From a virus, in the IMG/VR virus record IMGVR_UViG_3300024581_003792, positions 127,006-191,005 of that record: 64,000 nt of DNA. The stretch is one strand, 5' to 3'. Shown one piece after another: positions 28,250-38,647 of the stretch; the first letter of the stretch is position 1, and each line of letters opens with the position of its first letter. Both the position numbers and the translations under genes were made by a program. Under the pieces are notes generated by a model that worked only from the letters and a program-made list of their open reading frames with translations, ran no database searches and was not told the DNA's origin.

Positions 28250-31069
28250 ATGAAAAATATCAAGAAAGTTAGCAAGTTACCATTAGTAGTAGAGCCTAAT
28301 ACAATTTATTATAGTAGATTAACTCGTGAAATTATTTTAACCACGAGCAGAGGAAAAGAAAAATTTCAAGCATTATACTTACCAAAAGATGTTGATGCAT
28401 TTAGTGTTGCTAAATACTATCCCTTGTATGCTACAGAAGCCCTAGCTAAAGCTAACTCTCCAACAGGTGGTGTTGTTGCTTATGGAGAAGCTGAATTAGG
28501 CCCAGCCCCAGCAGGAGTAACTTATCCAGTTTATATGCCAGCAGGATTATCTGTTAAATATTTAGGAGATTATGTTGATCCCGCTGGTGACGACGATGGA
28601 GATGGAGTTCTTAATTTTAGAGATCCCGATTTTGTTGGCCTTGATGCATTGATTGATGCAGGATATAAAGGCATTGATCCATATACTACCCCGAATAATG
28701 TCACTTTAAATGTAAAAGACTACTTAGATAATCCAGATTCTGGAACCTATAATGATACTGAGTCTGACATAGTAGTTTCTGTCGCTGTGCGCGGCCTTAT
28801 GATTGGTCCAAATGGAGAAAAGAAATTCTTTTTTGGCCCGGGTGCGGCTATTATACCTCCAGGCTATGTGCTTTTTCAAGATCAGGGGGCAACAGGCAGT
28901 CCTTTACCTGCCCCAGTTCCAGCATATACAGGAGACCCATTTCTTACGCAAGGATTAACACCTTCTTCACTTTCTTCTGCTAATTATAATGGGACCGATC
29001 CATTTAGTACTTCTAATAATGTAGATGTAAATATTAAGGATTATCTTTCTAATCCAAGTAGCGGTTCGTTAAATGATACTGGCTCTGAAGTTGTTGTTTC
29101 AGTTCAAAATTCAGGTATTATTGTTGGGCCAAACGGAGAAATAAAAGTTTTCTTGGGTGCGGGTGCTGCTGTAGTGCCAGACGGTTGGGTTCTTTTTGAA
29201 GACATTGGATCAACGGATTCTCCTTTGCCAGAGCCTTCGCCGGCATACACAGGTGACCCATTTTCTACTACAGGTGGAAATGTTAATATAACTGATTATA
29301 TACAAAACCCAGATAAAGGCTCACATAATGGCACAGGTGGTCCAATAGAAATCCATAGCCTGCAATCAGGTATTATCGTCTGCGATGACGGTTCAGTCAC
29401 ATTAGTTGCTCCGGGAATTATCACGCTAAATGATTCGTGCACATTCTTTAAGGACACAGGCAATACTGGATATCCTCTGCCAGATTTAACTCCAGCATAT
29501 ACAGCTGACCCGATTACAGTAAATAGTCAAGATATTAATGTAAAAGACTATCTAGATGATCCAAATTCTGGTTACAAAAATACTACGGGTTCACCGCTAG
29601 ATATTAAGATCAACACAAAATCTATTGTTATAAAGCCAGATGGCACAGTTGTTACTTACAATCCACCAGCAGTTATTACTTTAGGAGTAGACGACATTTT
29701 AATTAGCGATAAAGAAGATAAATTATCTAAAGTTAGCGTTGAAGTTAACATAGAAGACTATCTCGACCAGCCAAGTTCTGGCTCAGCTAACACTACTGGC
29801 ACAGACATCACAATAAACACAACAAGACCAGGTATTCTGGTTGGCCCAAATGGCGAAATTAAATACTTTTTACCGGGCGACATTACTATACCAAAAGGTT
29901 GGGTAATATTTGAAGAGCTTTCAGGGAAAACCACACCTTTGCCTTGGTCTGGTTATACAGGAGAAGATCCGTTTACGACTAGTCAGGGTGTTGATGTTAA
30001 CATTAAAGATCATTTAGAGAATCCTGATGGCGGCTCAATTAATAATACAAATCAAGATATTGAAATTGATGTTACCGAAAAGTGTATACTTGTCTTGCCT
30101 GACGGTACAGTAACGGAAGTTGGCCCCGGAGTTATAACCATGACACCAGGTTCTGTTCTTTTCTCAGAAGAATCTAAATTGGTTAAAAAAGCAGTTTCTG
30201 TAGGTCTCATAGATCCTCCTCTTCCACCTTCTGCGACACTAGCTACTTCCAAACAATGGTTTGAGACTTCAAATGGAGACTTGATTTTGCGCACGGCGGT
30301 TTACGATTCAAGTGATCCTGCAGTAAGATTATGGGAAGGTAATGCTGAAGGTGACTATACTCCTCTTGATGTGCCTGTGAGTTCCACTACTGACGACGCT
30401 CAATATTTTGAAATCACTACTGATGGTGATGTTACCCCAAGATCTTCGAATACAACTCTTTCCGAAAGTCCTGCAGAAGTGACCGCAAGCAATGATAACC
30501 AACAAAGTGCGCCAGCTTCTCCCTCAAAAGGAACAGCGTATTATGTTTATGGTGACGACGGAACCAATGGAGAAGGATATTATTATCCTGTTTATTTAGC
30601 AGATACAGGTCTATCTTCATATCATACTCATAGTATAGGGAGTGTAACTTATTATATGGAAGATTCAGATTCCAACCATGCGGAGCCTTCAATGCCCGCA
30701 AATAATACTTTGCAAATTGCACCTAATTCATCTTTACCCATACCGCCAGAATTTTCTGCAGGAGATAGTACAACTTGGTATGGAATGTCTGTTACTATAA
30801 TTACAGATAACAGTGATGGAACGTATAATATTGATACTTCAAACGATGGGGTAGCAGATAGTAATAACATTTCCGGTACCGCATTAAATACCGATATAAA
30901 TGGTAACAAAATTTCAGGAAGCTGGACACCCTTGTATTCCTTAGGAGACACTGTAACCTTAAATGGTAATTCAGTCACGATTAGCAGTGTGAAAACAAAC
31001 TATTTGTACGATGTCACAGATTCTACAGGCAGTACCATTTCAGATGTTCATGAAACATTACTTTCGTAA
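28250..31069 (+). CDS. Repeat-rich virion/adhesin protein
   Basis: Ca-binding-like DDDGDGVLNFRDPD, six internal N(I/V)xDYLxxPxxG repeats, S/T-rich C-terminus. Confidence 0.65.
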   Translation: MKNIKKVSKLPLVVEPNTIYYSRLTREIILTTSRGKEKFQALYLPKDVDAFSVAKYYPLYATEALAKANSPTGGVVAYGEAELGPAPAGVTYPVYMPAGLSVKYLGDYVDPAGDDDGDGVLNFRDPDFVGLDALIDAGYKGIDPYTTPNNVTLNVKDYLDNPDSGTYNDTESDIVVSVAVRGLMIGPNGEKKFFFGPGAAIIPPGYVLFQDQGATGSPLPAPVPAYTGDPFLTQGLTPSSLSSANYNGTDPFSTSNNVDVNIKDYLSNPSSGSLNDTGSEVVVSVQNSGIIVGPNGEIKVFLGAGAAVVPDGWVLFEDIGSTDSPLPEPSPAYTGDPFSTTGGNVNITDYIQNPDKGSHNGTGGPIEIHSLQSGIIVCDDGSVTLVAPGIITLNDSCTFFKDTGNTGYPLPDLTPAYTADPITVNSQDINVKDYLDDPNSGYKNTTGSPLDIKINTKSIVIKPDGTVVTYNPPAVITLGVDDILISDKEDKLSKVSVEVNIEDYLDQPSSGSANTTGTDITINTTRPGILVGPNGEIKYFLPGDITIPKGWVIFEELSGKTTPLPWSGYTGEDPFTTSQGVDVNIKDHLENPDGGSINNTNQDIEIDVTEKCILVLPDGTVTEVGPGVITMTPGSVLFSEESKLVKKAVSVGLIDPPLPPSATLATSKQWFETSNGDLILRTAVYDSSDPAVRLWEGNAEGDYTPLDVPVSSTTDDAQYFEITTDGDVTPRSSNTTLSESPAEVTASNDNQQSAPASPSKGTAYYVYGDDGTNGEGYYYPVYLADTGLSSYHTHSIGSVTYYMEDSDSNHAEPSMPANNTLQIAPNSSLPIPPEFSAGDSTTWYGMSVTIITDNSDGTYNIDTSNDGVADSNNISGTALNTDINGNKISGSWTPLYSLGDTVTLNGNSVTISSVKTNYLYDVTDSTGSTISDVHETLLS

Positions 31070-31084
31070 AAAATATAAAAATTT

Positions 31085-31093
31085 GTGTATACT
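31085..31093 (+). promoter_or_regulatory. GTGTA-class promoter motif
   Basis: GTG-TATACT, ATG 19 nt downstream with a GAGG SD in between. Confidence 0.55.
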
Positions 31094-31111
31094 TTATAAA
31101 GAGGAAAAAAT

Positions 31112-32311
31112 ATGGCAACTAAAAACTTAATACCAAGATCAGACGGAGAAGGAGGAATCGGAAAACCAGGTGTTGCTTGGGGATCTGGAGTATTCAAGAC
31201 TGGATCATTCCAAGAACTTACCGTACAAGGAAATGCTGTTTCAACAGGTAGCTTTACAGAATTAAATGATTTGAGCGCCGCTGTTACATGGGCAAACGTT
31301 CCTGATGTTAACATTACAGAGAGTTCTGTCACTCAACACGAGTCTGCTTTATCGATAACATCAAGCCAAGTCAGCGACTTATCTTCACAAGGTTTTCTGA
31401 CGCAAGAAACGAATGACTTGAGTTCGAATGTTACATGGGCAAACGTTCCTGATGTTAACATTACAGAGAGTTCTGTTACTCAGCACTCGGGCGCTCTCGA
31501 TATTGGTGCCGACCAAATTGATTTCAACAGCAGCCTCATACCTGACACAAATGCCGCTTACGATTTAGGTTCTGCAGAGAAAAAGATTCGGCATTTATAT
31601 TTAAGCGATAATTCCTTAAAACTTGGAGATGTAAGTATATCTATAGACACACAAGGAGATGTATCTATTCCTGCTGGTATCAAAGTAGGATCTGCGTCAA
31701 TAAAACCAGACCCAAATAATCCAGAAGTTGTATCTTTTGATAAAGTACCTAAAGTTTCAGACAGCGAAGGTAATCCTGTTACGATTTTAACCGCTGATAA
31801 ATTAGGCCTTGGAACTTCTGCCGTTTTAAGCGGTACATCTCAGGACATTCAATTTAAATTATTAACTGACGAAAATCGATTTGTGGTAGGAACCACGGGA
31901 GAAGGCGGGCTAGCTTCTGGTTGGTATCGTTTTAATGACTTTAATGTTAAAGGTGCAACTGACGTCGGGGCTCATACTTTAAACCCAGTCGATACAAGAA
32001 TTTATTCTGATGAAGATTCCTTTGTTTACATGACACGGGATGCATACGGAAATAGAGTAGCTCACTTGGTTGGCGGAGATGAAACTCCAAACCCCGCAAA
32101 CAATATTGCTCTGGGATTAGCCATTAAGATTGATAGTTCTGATACTCCTGAAGATATTGAATTTACACATACCGATGGAGAGCAATACTCTTTAGTTAAT
32201 GGAGATAGTGACAGCAAAGGCGTCAATGGATTGCCAGTCAGACAAGGCTTTCAAGCTGCATCGATAGGTGCATACGCTCAACCATTATTGATTGATGGCG
32301 GGTATTTCTAA
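31112..32311 (+). CDS. Tail-fibre-like protein
   Basis: Two LSxxVTWANVPDVNITESSVTQH repeats; LIPDTNAAYDLGS..IRHLYLS fibre motif. Confidence 0.65.
   Translation: MATKNLIPRSDGEGGIGKPGVAWGSGVFKTGSFQELTVQGNAVSTGSFTELNDLSAAVTWANVPDVNITESSVTQHESALSITSSQVSDLSSQGFLTQETNDLSSNVTWANVPDVNITESSVTQHSGALDIGADQIDFNSSLIPDTNAAYDLGSAEKKIRHLYLSDNSLKLGDVSISIDTQGDVSIPAGIKVGSASIKPDPNNPEVVSFDKVPKVSDSEGNPVTILTADKLGLGTSAVLSGTSQDIQFKLLTDENRFVVGTTGEGGLASGWYRFNDFNVKGATDVGAHTLNPVDTRIYSDEDSFVYMTRDAYGNRVAHLVGGDETPNPANNIALGLAIKIDSSDTPEDIEFTHTDGEQYSLVNGDSDSKGVNGLPVRQGFQAASIGAYAQPLLIDGGYF
31282..31476 (+). repeat. Exact 48-nt direct repeat, period 147 nt
   Basis: tgttacatgggcaaacgttcctgatgttaacattacagagagttctgt at 31282-31329 and 31429-31476. 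Confidence 0.9.
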
Positions 32312-35184
32312 TGGCGGCAGTATATATACAGCCAGGAACAGGAACAGGGTCGGGAACCCTAGAAGATCCTTACTTTTATTCTGAGTTATCTACAGCGGAA
32401 ATAAGCGCGGGAAGCGGAGGTACTATTTTATTTACAGATGGAGTCTACGAGTTTACAGGTGATGCTGAACTGAAGGCTGATGGAGTCGTCTATAAGTCTC
32501 AGAATCATTTAGGCGCAACTTTAAAGCGTAATGTACCAGGTGGAGCAAATACCGTCATTGTAAGTGATCCTGCAAATGCGGCTGGCTCAATAATTGAGGG
32601 GTTTTATATACAAGATTTACACATTGCGTTTTTTCCTGCAAACGATCCTGCTGCCACAAATATACCCAAAGCTATAAATATTAAACAACATGATACTGCG
32701 TCATCTCTGGCAACCTCTGTGATAACAAAAAGTGGTGATGAATCTAATAATTATCGTTTTTCTGTGGAAGGCTCTGAATTTAAATATATTGCTCCAGCTT
32801 TAGATTACATCCGTCCTTTTAGTAGGTGCAGTAGTGGAGATATGAAAAATTGCACAGTCTATATGGATCTGTCTGCTGCAACAGGTATTTCGAACAGATT
32901 AAGTGCCCACTGGCGTAGTTTAGAAAACACTATTCTCAGCTCAAATAACTCACTTAATAACCCAATAAATTATGCACAGTCTGCTACTAATTGTGCGTTT
33001 TACAATATGGGCTCAATTAATGAAACGGGCGGAATCAATAATATAAGCACTAACCCGTTGTTTATTGATGCTGATAATGGCGACCTTCGCCTCCGCCCAA
33101 ATTCTCCTTTAATTGGAGGGGTGCAATCTGAATCAACAAACAACAATTATTACTTGCAACCAGGAAATCCGTACAATGGCGATGGCTCTCAGAAAGATGC
33201 CTCAGCAATGGCCGCTGATGGAGATCCTGGTCCTTTTAATGATTTTAAGGAAATTGTGGCTGCAGATGTTCCATATGGATCAACCATTGTAATACTGAAT
33301 GGTACATATAACTGGACTGATGCTTTGGGAAAATCGTCATCAAACGTTAACTCCACCAACTGGGAGGACTATACTCTTGCGGGTTATAATTATGTTGCAG
33401 AAACAAGCGGGCAGGTTATTTTCGATGGACAAAACCATTATAACAGTGTTTTTGTATATAAGCCTTTTGGTGGTACTCCTGGGGCTGGAGTCTACATGGA
33501 TTTAGACACAACATTTACTGGTATACAATTCAATAATATTGCCTCATCATCTTATGATTTTAGATGTCAAATTACTAGCCATAGTGGTGCGGCTGGGCAA
33601 GGATCATGCACTTTCATAAATTGCGATTTCTTAAATTGGATCATCCCACTTAACACATCTTGGGCAGGAGGAGGCCGATACGTTGGAGAGTTCTCTTCTT
33701 CATTTCACTGGAAAGGTTGCAATATTAGCATTGCTATTGATACTGGGAGTGCAGGTTTATTCTCGGGAGAAGATAACTTACAAAAAAATTCACAGCATGG
33801 AGACTGGAGTATTGAAAACTGTACATTCTACATTCATCACGGAATAACTACATTCAATGGAAGAAATGCGCCTAATGGCACATATTTTCCCTTAGCGAGG
33901 GTTTTTAGTGGTTACGACCAAAGCGGTACGCTTTTTAAAAATAATATAGTTTTTAACGGCACAGATGGAGGCGCTGCTAAATTAGGTCCAAGTTCACTCA
34001 CCAGCCTACCCAAAGTAGAAAACAATGCGCTTGTGGGTTTTGATGATGAGCCTATATTTCAAGACAGACTGGCCGAATTCAACAACATTCTAAACATCGA
34101 TCCTCTTTTTGTTGCTCCAGATAATAATGATTTTCGCCTCCGCTCAAACTCCCCACTTATTAGAGGGATAGAAACTTCATCCCTCTTGCCAACAGATGCT
34201 TTTTATGTCGATTTTGATGATGGCAATGACTCAAACGATGGAAAAACTTTAGAAAATGCATTTGCTACTATTTCTGCAGCTCATGATGCATCAATCCATT
34301 TAGATACAATTATCATTGTTAATAAAACTGTTTCGCTTTCTGCCAATTTAACGTTTCCTGCTGGTAGAAAATATAGACCCCTTGATAAATGCACGATAGA
34401 TGGAGCTGATACTCATCATATTTTGATTACAGACTCCGCAGGTCTAGACACTCATGTGACTGGATTTAATTTCAAAAGATTACGTGACACAAAAGCTTTG
34501 ATAGATTTTTCTGGCTCGGATGATAGTTCCTTGATTACCTTTCAGAATTGTGTGATAGAAGGACTCTTAACAGGCACCAAAAGTTCTGCCATTGGAGGCG
34601 CCAGCGATTCTTGCCGTTCAGCAAGAGAAGGTTCCTTGATTAAGGGTTGCTCTTTCGATGTCGGCTGGAGCTCAAGCACTATAACTACTGGAGGTAACTC
34701 TTGTGGTTTTGTAGCTGTTGATAAAACTGACCTTATTTCTTGTACATTTAGGGCAAAAGATATCACCCCATTAAACAATACATCTTTGTTCCTGGTTGGA
34801 ACTGGGGGATACGGAGCATGGTCTCACGGGCCACCAATTGGTCCAGTAGAAGTAAAAAATTGCATTGTTCACGGTAACGACAGAATGAATTATGGTAATG
34901 GCGGCGGCAGTGGCGGTAATCTAGGTTTTACCTCAAATTCGAGAGTTACCACGGCTTCTGCTAATTATGTTATACATAGCTGCTGTCTTTATGCTATCAA
35001 AGGAGACCCTATGGCAATAAATAATTCGACTAACTTATTCTTTAGAGGTACCGTTAAGGGTGACAGAAATATACCCACAGAATCGGTGGAGGATACAGTA
35101 ACTATAGATCCAGAACTAGTTGATCCTGAAAATGGCGACTTTAGATTGAGGCCAAGCTCTAAATTAATAGGTGAAAGTAGATAA
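32311..35184 (+). CDS. Three-module parallel beta-helix-type protein (tailspike/adhesin)
   Basis: Each module begins with a Y/F..P/D...G.G-type motif and ends P.(F/L)(V/I)....D.RLR..S.LI. Confidence 0.65.
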   Translation: MAAVYIQPGTGTGSGTLEDPYFYSELSTAEISAGSGGTILFTDGVYEFTGDAELKADGVVYKSQNHLGATLKRNVPGGANTVIVSDPANAAGSIIEGFYIQDLHIAFFPANDPAATNIPKAINIKQHDTASSLATSVITKSGDESNNYRFSVEGSEFKYIAPALDYIRPFSRCSSGDMKNCTVYMDLSAATGISNRLSAHWRSLENTILSSNNSLNNPINYAQSATNCAFYNMGSINETGGINNISTNPLFIDADNGDLRLRPNSPLIGGVQSESTNNNYYLQPGNPYNGDGSQKDASAMAADGDPGPFNDFKEIVAADVPYGSTIVILNGTYNWTDALGKSSSNVNSTNWEDYTLAGYNYVAETSGQVIFDGQNHYNSVFVYKPFGGTPGAGVYMDLDTTFTGIQFNNIASSSYDFRCQITSHSGAAGQGSCTFINCDFLNWIIPLNTSWAGGGRYVGEFSSSFHWKGCNISIAIDTGSAGLFSGEDNLQKNSQHGDWSIENCTFYIHHGITTFNGRNAPNGTYFPLARVFSGYDQSGTLFKNNIVFNGTDGGAAKLGPSSLTSLPKVENNALVGFDDEPIFQDRLAEFNNILNIDPLFVAPDNNDFRLRSNSPLIRGIETSSLLPTDAFYVDFDDGNDSNDGKTLENAFATISAAHDASIHLDTIIIVNKTVSLSANLTFPAGRKYRPLDKCTIDGADTHHILITDSAGLDTHVTGFNFKRLRDTKALIDFSGSDDSSLITFQNCVIEGLLTGTKSSAIGGASDSCRSAREGSLIKGCSFDVGWSSSTITTGGNSCGFVAVDKTDLISCTFRAKDITPLNNTSLFLVGTGGYGAWSHGPPIGPVEVKNCIVHGNDRMNYGNGGGSGGNLGFTSNSRVTTASANYVIHSCCLYAIKGDPMAINNSTNLFFRGTVKGDRNIPTESVEDTVTIDPELVDPENGDFRLRPSSKLIGESR

Positions 35185-35211
35185 GTAGAATATTAAGAAA
35201 GGATATTTCTA

Positions 35212-38200
35212 ATGGCAACAGTATATTTAAAAAAAGTTGAATCAAGCTCTAGATCCGAATGGGCACCTGGAACCTCTTATGTAGTAGGTGATAGAGTATG
35301 GATCGAAGATGCTTCTACGGTTGTTAGCTTCACTAACACCTACGGCGATCAAAATAACAATGCAATACGAACATATGTATGCATAAAAGATACATCTTCA
35401 GCAACCTCTCCGTTAAACAACACAACTGACTGGACAGAAGCAGGAACAAAAGAATATCCATATCATTCGGTAGGTGGAAACCTTACAAATAGTACCATCA
35501 GTCCTGAGTCTTATCTTGAAGCCACGAACGATAGATACGCGACAACTAGCGCTTGGGGCTCACTTTTTCACCATCTCAGGCGTGGAGAATCTGGATATTC
35601 ATTGGGTAAATTGATTCTTCTTGCAGATGAAGAATATCCTTTATTTTTAGCGACTACACGCATGTATGTTGCTCATTTTGAATTAGAGCCTGATCCTTCG
35701 ATCAAGAGAATTAGGATTCATTTTCAAGGTGGAAACATTGGGTCGAACATGGCTCATAACGATTTTGACTCTGTTTTTGGCAGAGTCAAAAAATGCGATC
35801 TTTATTTTTCAGGCGCCTTACCTAACAACAATATCATAGGCGGCATATATGATAATTTGAGTAAAATTGAATTTGATGAATGCTACTTCGGGAGTGGAGA
35901 AAAGATTGGGCTTGGAGCACCGACTAACGTCAGTGGCTTGACCATTGGTTCAAGAAATTTTATAGGACTCAATCTATGCACTGTTGATTTTCCTAATATT
36001 GACACCTATTATATTTCTTGGGATGCTCATTCACATTCCACTGGAGTTCGTTCTTATATCAAAAATTCTACCCTTCGTTTTAAATCAGCTACTGCTACAG
36101 GTCCATTAATTAATAATGCTCATATTGATGTTGAAAATTCTATTTTTTATTTTGATAGCCTTGGTGGTAATACTACAACTTATACTACCATTGCAACTTA
36201 TGCACAAAATTTAGCGAAAGATTTCGTTGTTTATGTCAAGGATGAAAGCCTTTATACATTAGATGAAAACGGTGGATCATTTACTGGTACTGTTATCAAG
36301 ATAGATCCTAAATTTGTGGATGATTCAGGAGACTATCGCCTCCGCGCAAATTCTCCTTTAATTGGAGGGGCGCAAGCATCGTCCGAACAATCAAAACTAG
36401 AATCTCAATATCCTGATGGAAAATGGTTTGATGCTAACGCAGCCGCAGGAGGAGATGGAAGCTGGGCAACCCCATATGATAGTTTATTTGATGCCATTGA
36501 TTCTTTTTCGGGGGTCAATACAGCTACCGTATTGGTAAAAGAGGGCGACCATCCGATGTATCAAGGCTGGGATAACAATGCAAATGGTACACCAGCTCAA
36601 GTTCATTCTAAAATCGAAATTATCGGAATAAATAGTAACGTTCGATTTACCACTGAAAACAACGTTAATACTTTTTGCCAATTTTATCTGGGCAGTCAAT
36701 CCTTTGATGACACAGAATTTTTCTATAAAAATATAGATTTTCATATAAACAACACAACAAGTTATATAAATCGAGGTCTTTTTTTTAATCCTATAAGAAA
36801 TAAACTCTCCCTGCATCAGTGTAAAATCACTCAGTCAAGCACTGGTGAGATAATGTCCGGCGCCATTTTCTATCAAGCAGGAACCGCTGGTGATCCAGCA
36901 GAGATAGAGTTGATCGGACTTGAATATATAGCTGTGACCTGGAGGACCCAACATAGTGACAACTCCTGCATATTTAATATAAATTGCAAAATTACAGCTA
37001 AAAATTGTACATTTTTTGAGCCAGAACGATCAATGCTGCGAACTGGTCACGCGGCTGTTAAAAGTGTTTTTTTAGGCAGACCACATAGCTCATCGATTTT
37101 TGAAAATTGTATATTTAGAAGTGACATTAAGTATGGTACAGGGGCTTATAATTCAAGGCAATTTTTTAGCCCTCAAACTAATTTTTATAGCGGAACGTAC
37201 TCAAACCTTGGTTTGTTTAAAAACTGTTCAATTTCTTCTAAATATGGCTCTTTTACTGATAATGCTAATTATGATTTTAGATTATATAATCACCAAGAAA
37301 ATTGCTCGCATGAAGATCCTAAGTTTGTGAATGCAGCTCTTGGTTCAGAAGACATGAGACTACAAGCAAGCTCCCCACTTATTGGCGGAACTACTGGTAA
37401 TTCTTCCGAAGAAAAATGGATCGCTCGTGCTACGAAAGAAAACAAAACATATGCATTTTTTGATCCTGCAGCGACAGGTACAGGTGATGGTTCATCTTTA
37501 GTTGATGCATGCACCGATCTTTTTGAAGCTATTGCGGCGGTTGATTATGGCGGCTACATTTTTGTAGCTGATATGGATCATACTTTTTCATCATCAGTGC
37601 TTATAGATAAGCCAGTAATAATTCAAGCATTAAATTCCGGCAAAGCCATATGGAGAGCCACCACTCCAGCGACACGTCTTTCGTTTTATCCTACTGGCTA
37701 CCAGATGTACATTAATACTACAAGTGGAGATGACCAAAGCAATACTTTTGCTGGAACTCCATCTACTAATACTCAAAATGTAGATGGATACTACAAAGGC
37801 ATGACAGTGGTTTTTGACGGTTCATCTACTACGGCTCAGGCCAATGATGTTTACACCATCACAGATCATACGTACGATGGAACTACCCACACATTTACAT
37901 TTGATAAACCTCTTAATGGTTCAGTAACTGGCTCAGTTAGATTATTCCAAGAATTAAGTACCGCTGAAGATATCGGCGCAAGAGATATGGTTTTAATTGA
38001 TTTTAATACGACGACAGGTTCTAATGGTAATGGTGTAACATTTCAAATTGACTCTAAAACTTCCGACATAGCATCTACTACTTCATATAAAAATATGGTT
38101 TTTGAAAGAAACAAAATACTTCAAACATCGAATATAACAGGCAACTATAAGACTGGTTTACATTTTAGAAATGACAAGAAAACTATAATCTCTAATCGTT

Positions 38201-38601
38201 TTGTCGTAAAAGGGAATGCTATTTCGGTTCAAATTTACTCCGGAAATGCACAAAATAAAGCTTATCCAACAAATTTGGGCCAATCCAATATTCAAACTGA
38301 AGCTAGCTCAGTAAATAGCAGGTTTATATCAAATAATTCAATTTATTTTTATAGTAATTTAGACAGCAGTGCATCCATTGTTTCTGGTCATGCTACTAAC
38401 ATTGGCGAAAATAACATTTTTGTCATCGAAAATTTATATAACAATGCTCCTGGCTCAAATGCCTCAACATTTGATATGGCTAACAACAATTATTATTCAG
38501 GGTTTAACAATGGAAATCTAAATGGTAATCCCTTCGTTGATGCAATTAATGGTGATTTTAGAATTAGACCAAACTCCGAATTAATAGGTAAAGGTAAGTA
38601 A
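35212..38601 (+). CDS. Three-module parallel beta-helix-type protein with N-terminal CBM5/12-like motif
   Basis: EWAPGTSYVVGDRV...YVCI...W; modules end DYRLRANSPLIG, DMRLQASSPLIG, DFRIRPNSELIG. Confidence 0.65.
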   Translation: MATVYLKKVESSSRSEWAPGTSYVVGDRVWIEDASTVVSFTNTYGDQNNNAIRTYVCIKDTSSATSPLNNTTDWTEAGTKEYPYHSVGGNLTNSTISPESYLEATNDRYATTSAWGSLFHHLRRGESGYSLGKLILLADEEYPLFLATTRMYVAHFELEPDPSIKRIRIHFQGGNIGSNMAHNDFDSVFGRVKKCDLYFSGALPNNNIIGGIYDNLSKIEFDECYFGSGEKIGLGAPTNVSGLTIGSRNFIGLNLCTVDFPNIDTYYISWDAHSHSTGVRSYIKNSTLRFKSATATGPLINNAHIDVENSIFYFDSLGGNTTTYTTIATYAQNLAKDFVVYVKDESLYTLDENGGSFTGTVIKIDPKFVDDSGDYRLRANSPLIGGAQASSEQSKLESQYPDGKWFDANAAAGGDGSWATPYDSLFDAIDSFSGVNTATVLVKEGDHPMYQGWDNNANGTPAQVHSKIEIIGINSNVRFTTENNVNTFCQFYLGSQSFDDTEFFYKNIDFHINNTTSYINRGLFFNPIRNKLSLHQCKITQSSTGEIMSGAIFYQAGTAGDPAEIELIGLEYIAVTWRTQHSDNSCIFNINCKITAKNCTFFEPERSMLRTGHAAVKSVFLGRPHSSSIFENCIFRSDIKYGTGAYNSRQFFSPQTNFYSGTYSNLGLFKNCSISSKYGSFTDNANYDFRLYNHQENCSHEDPKFVNAALGSEDMRLQASSPLIGGTTGNSSEEKWIARATKENKTYAFFDPAATGTGDGSSLVDACTDLFEAIAAVDYGGYIFVADMDHTFSSSVLIDKPVIIQALNSGKAIWRATTPATRLSFYPTGYQMYINTTSGDDQSNTFAGTPSTNTQNVDGYYKGMTVVFDGSSTTAQANDVYTITDHTYDGTTHTFTFDKPLNGSVTGSVRLFQELSTAEDIGARDMVLIDFNTTTGSNGNGVTFQIDSKTSDIASTTSYKNMVFERNKILQTSNITGNYKTGLHFRNDKKTIISNRFVVKGNAISVQIYSGNAQNKAYPTNLGQSNIQTEASSVNSRFISNNSIYFYSNLDSSASIVSGHATNIGENNIFVIENLYNNAPGSNASTFDMANNNYYSGFNNGNLNGNPFVDAINGDFRIRPNSELIGKGK

Positions 38602-38611
38602 TTTTTTCTTC

Positions 38612-38640
38612 TTGACAGTTTTTTGTTTTTCTGCTATTTT
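38612..38640 (+). promoter_or_regulatory. Sigma70-type promoter
   Basis: TTGACA-17-TATTTT with extended TG; ATG 8 nt after the -10. Confidence 0.75.
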
Positions 38641-38647
38641 ATATAGC

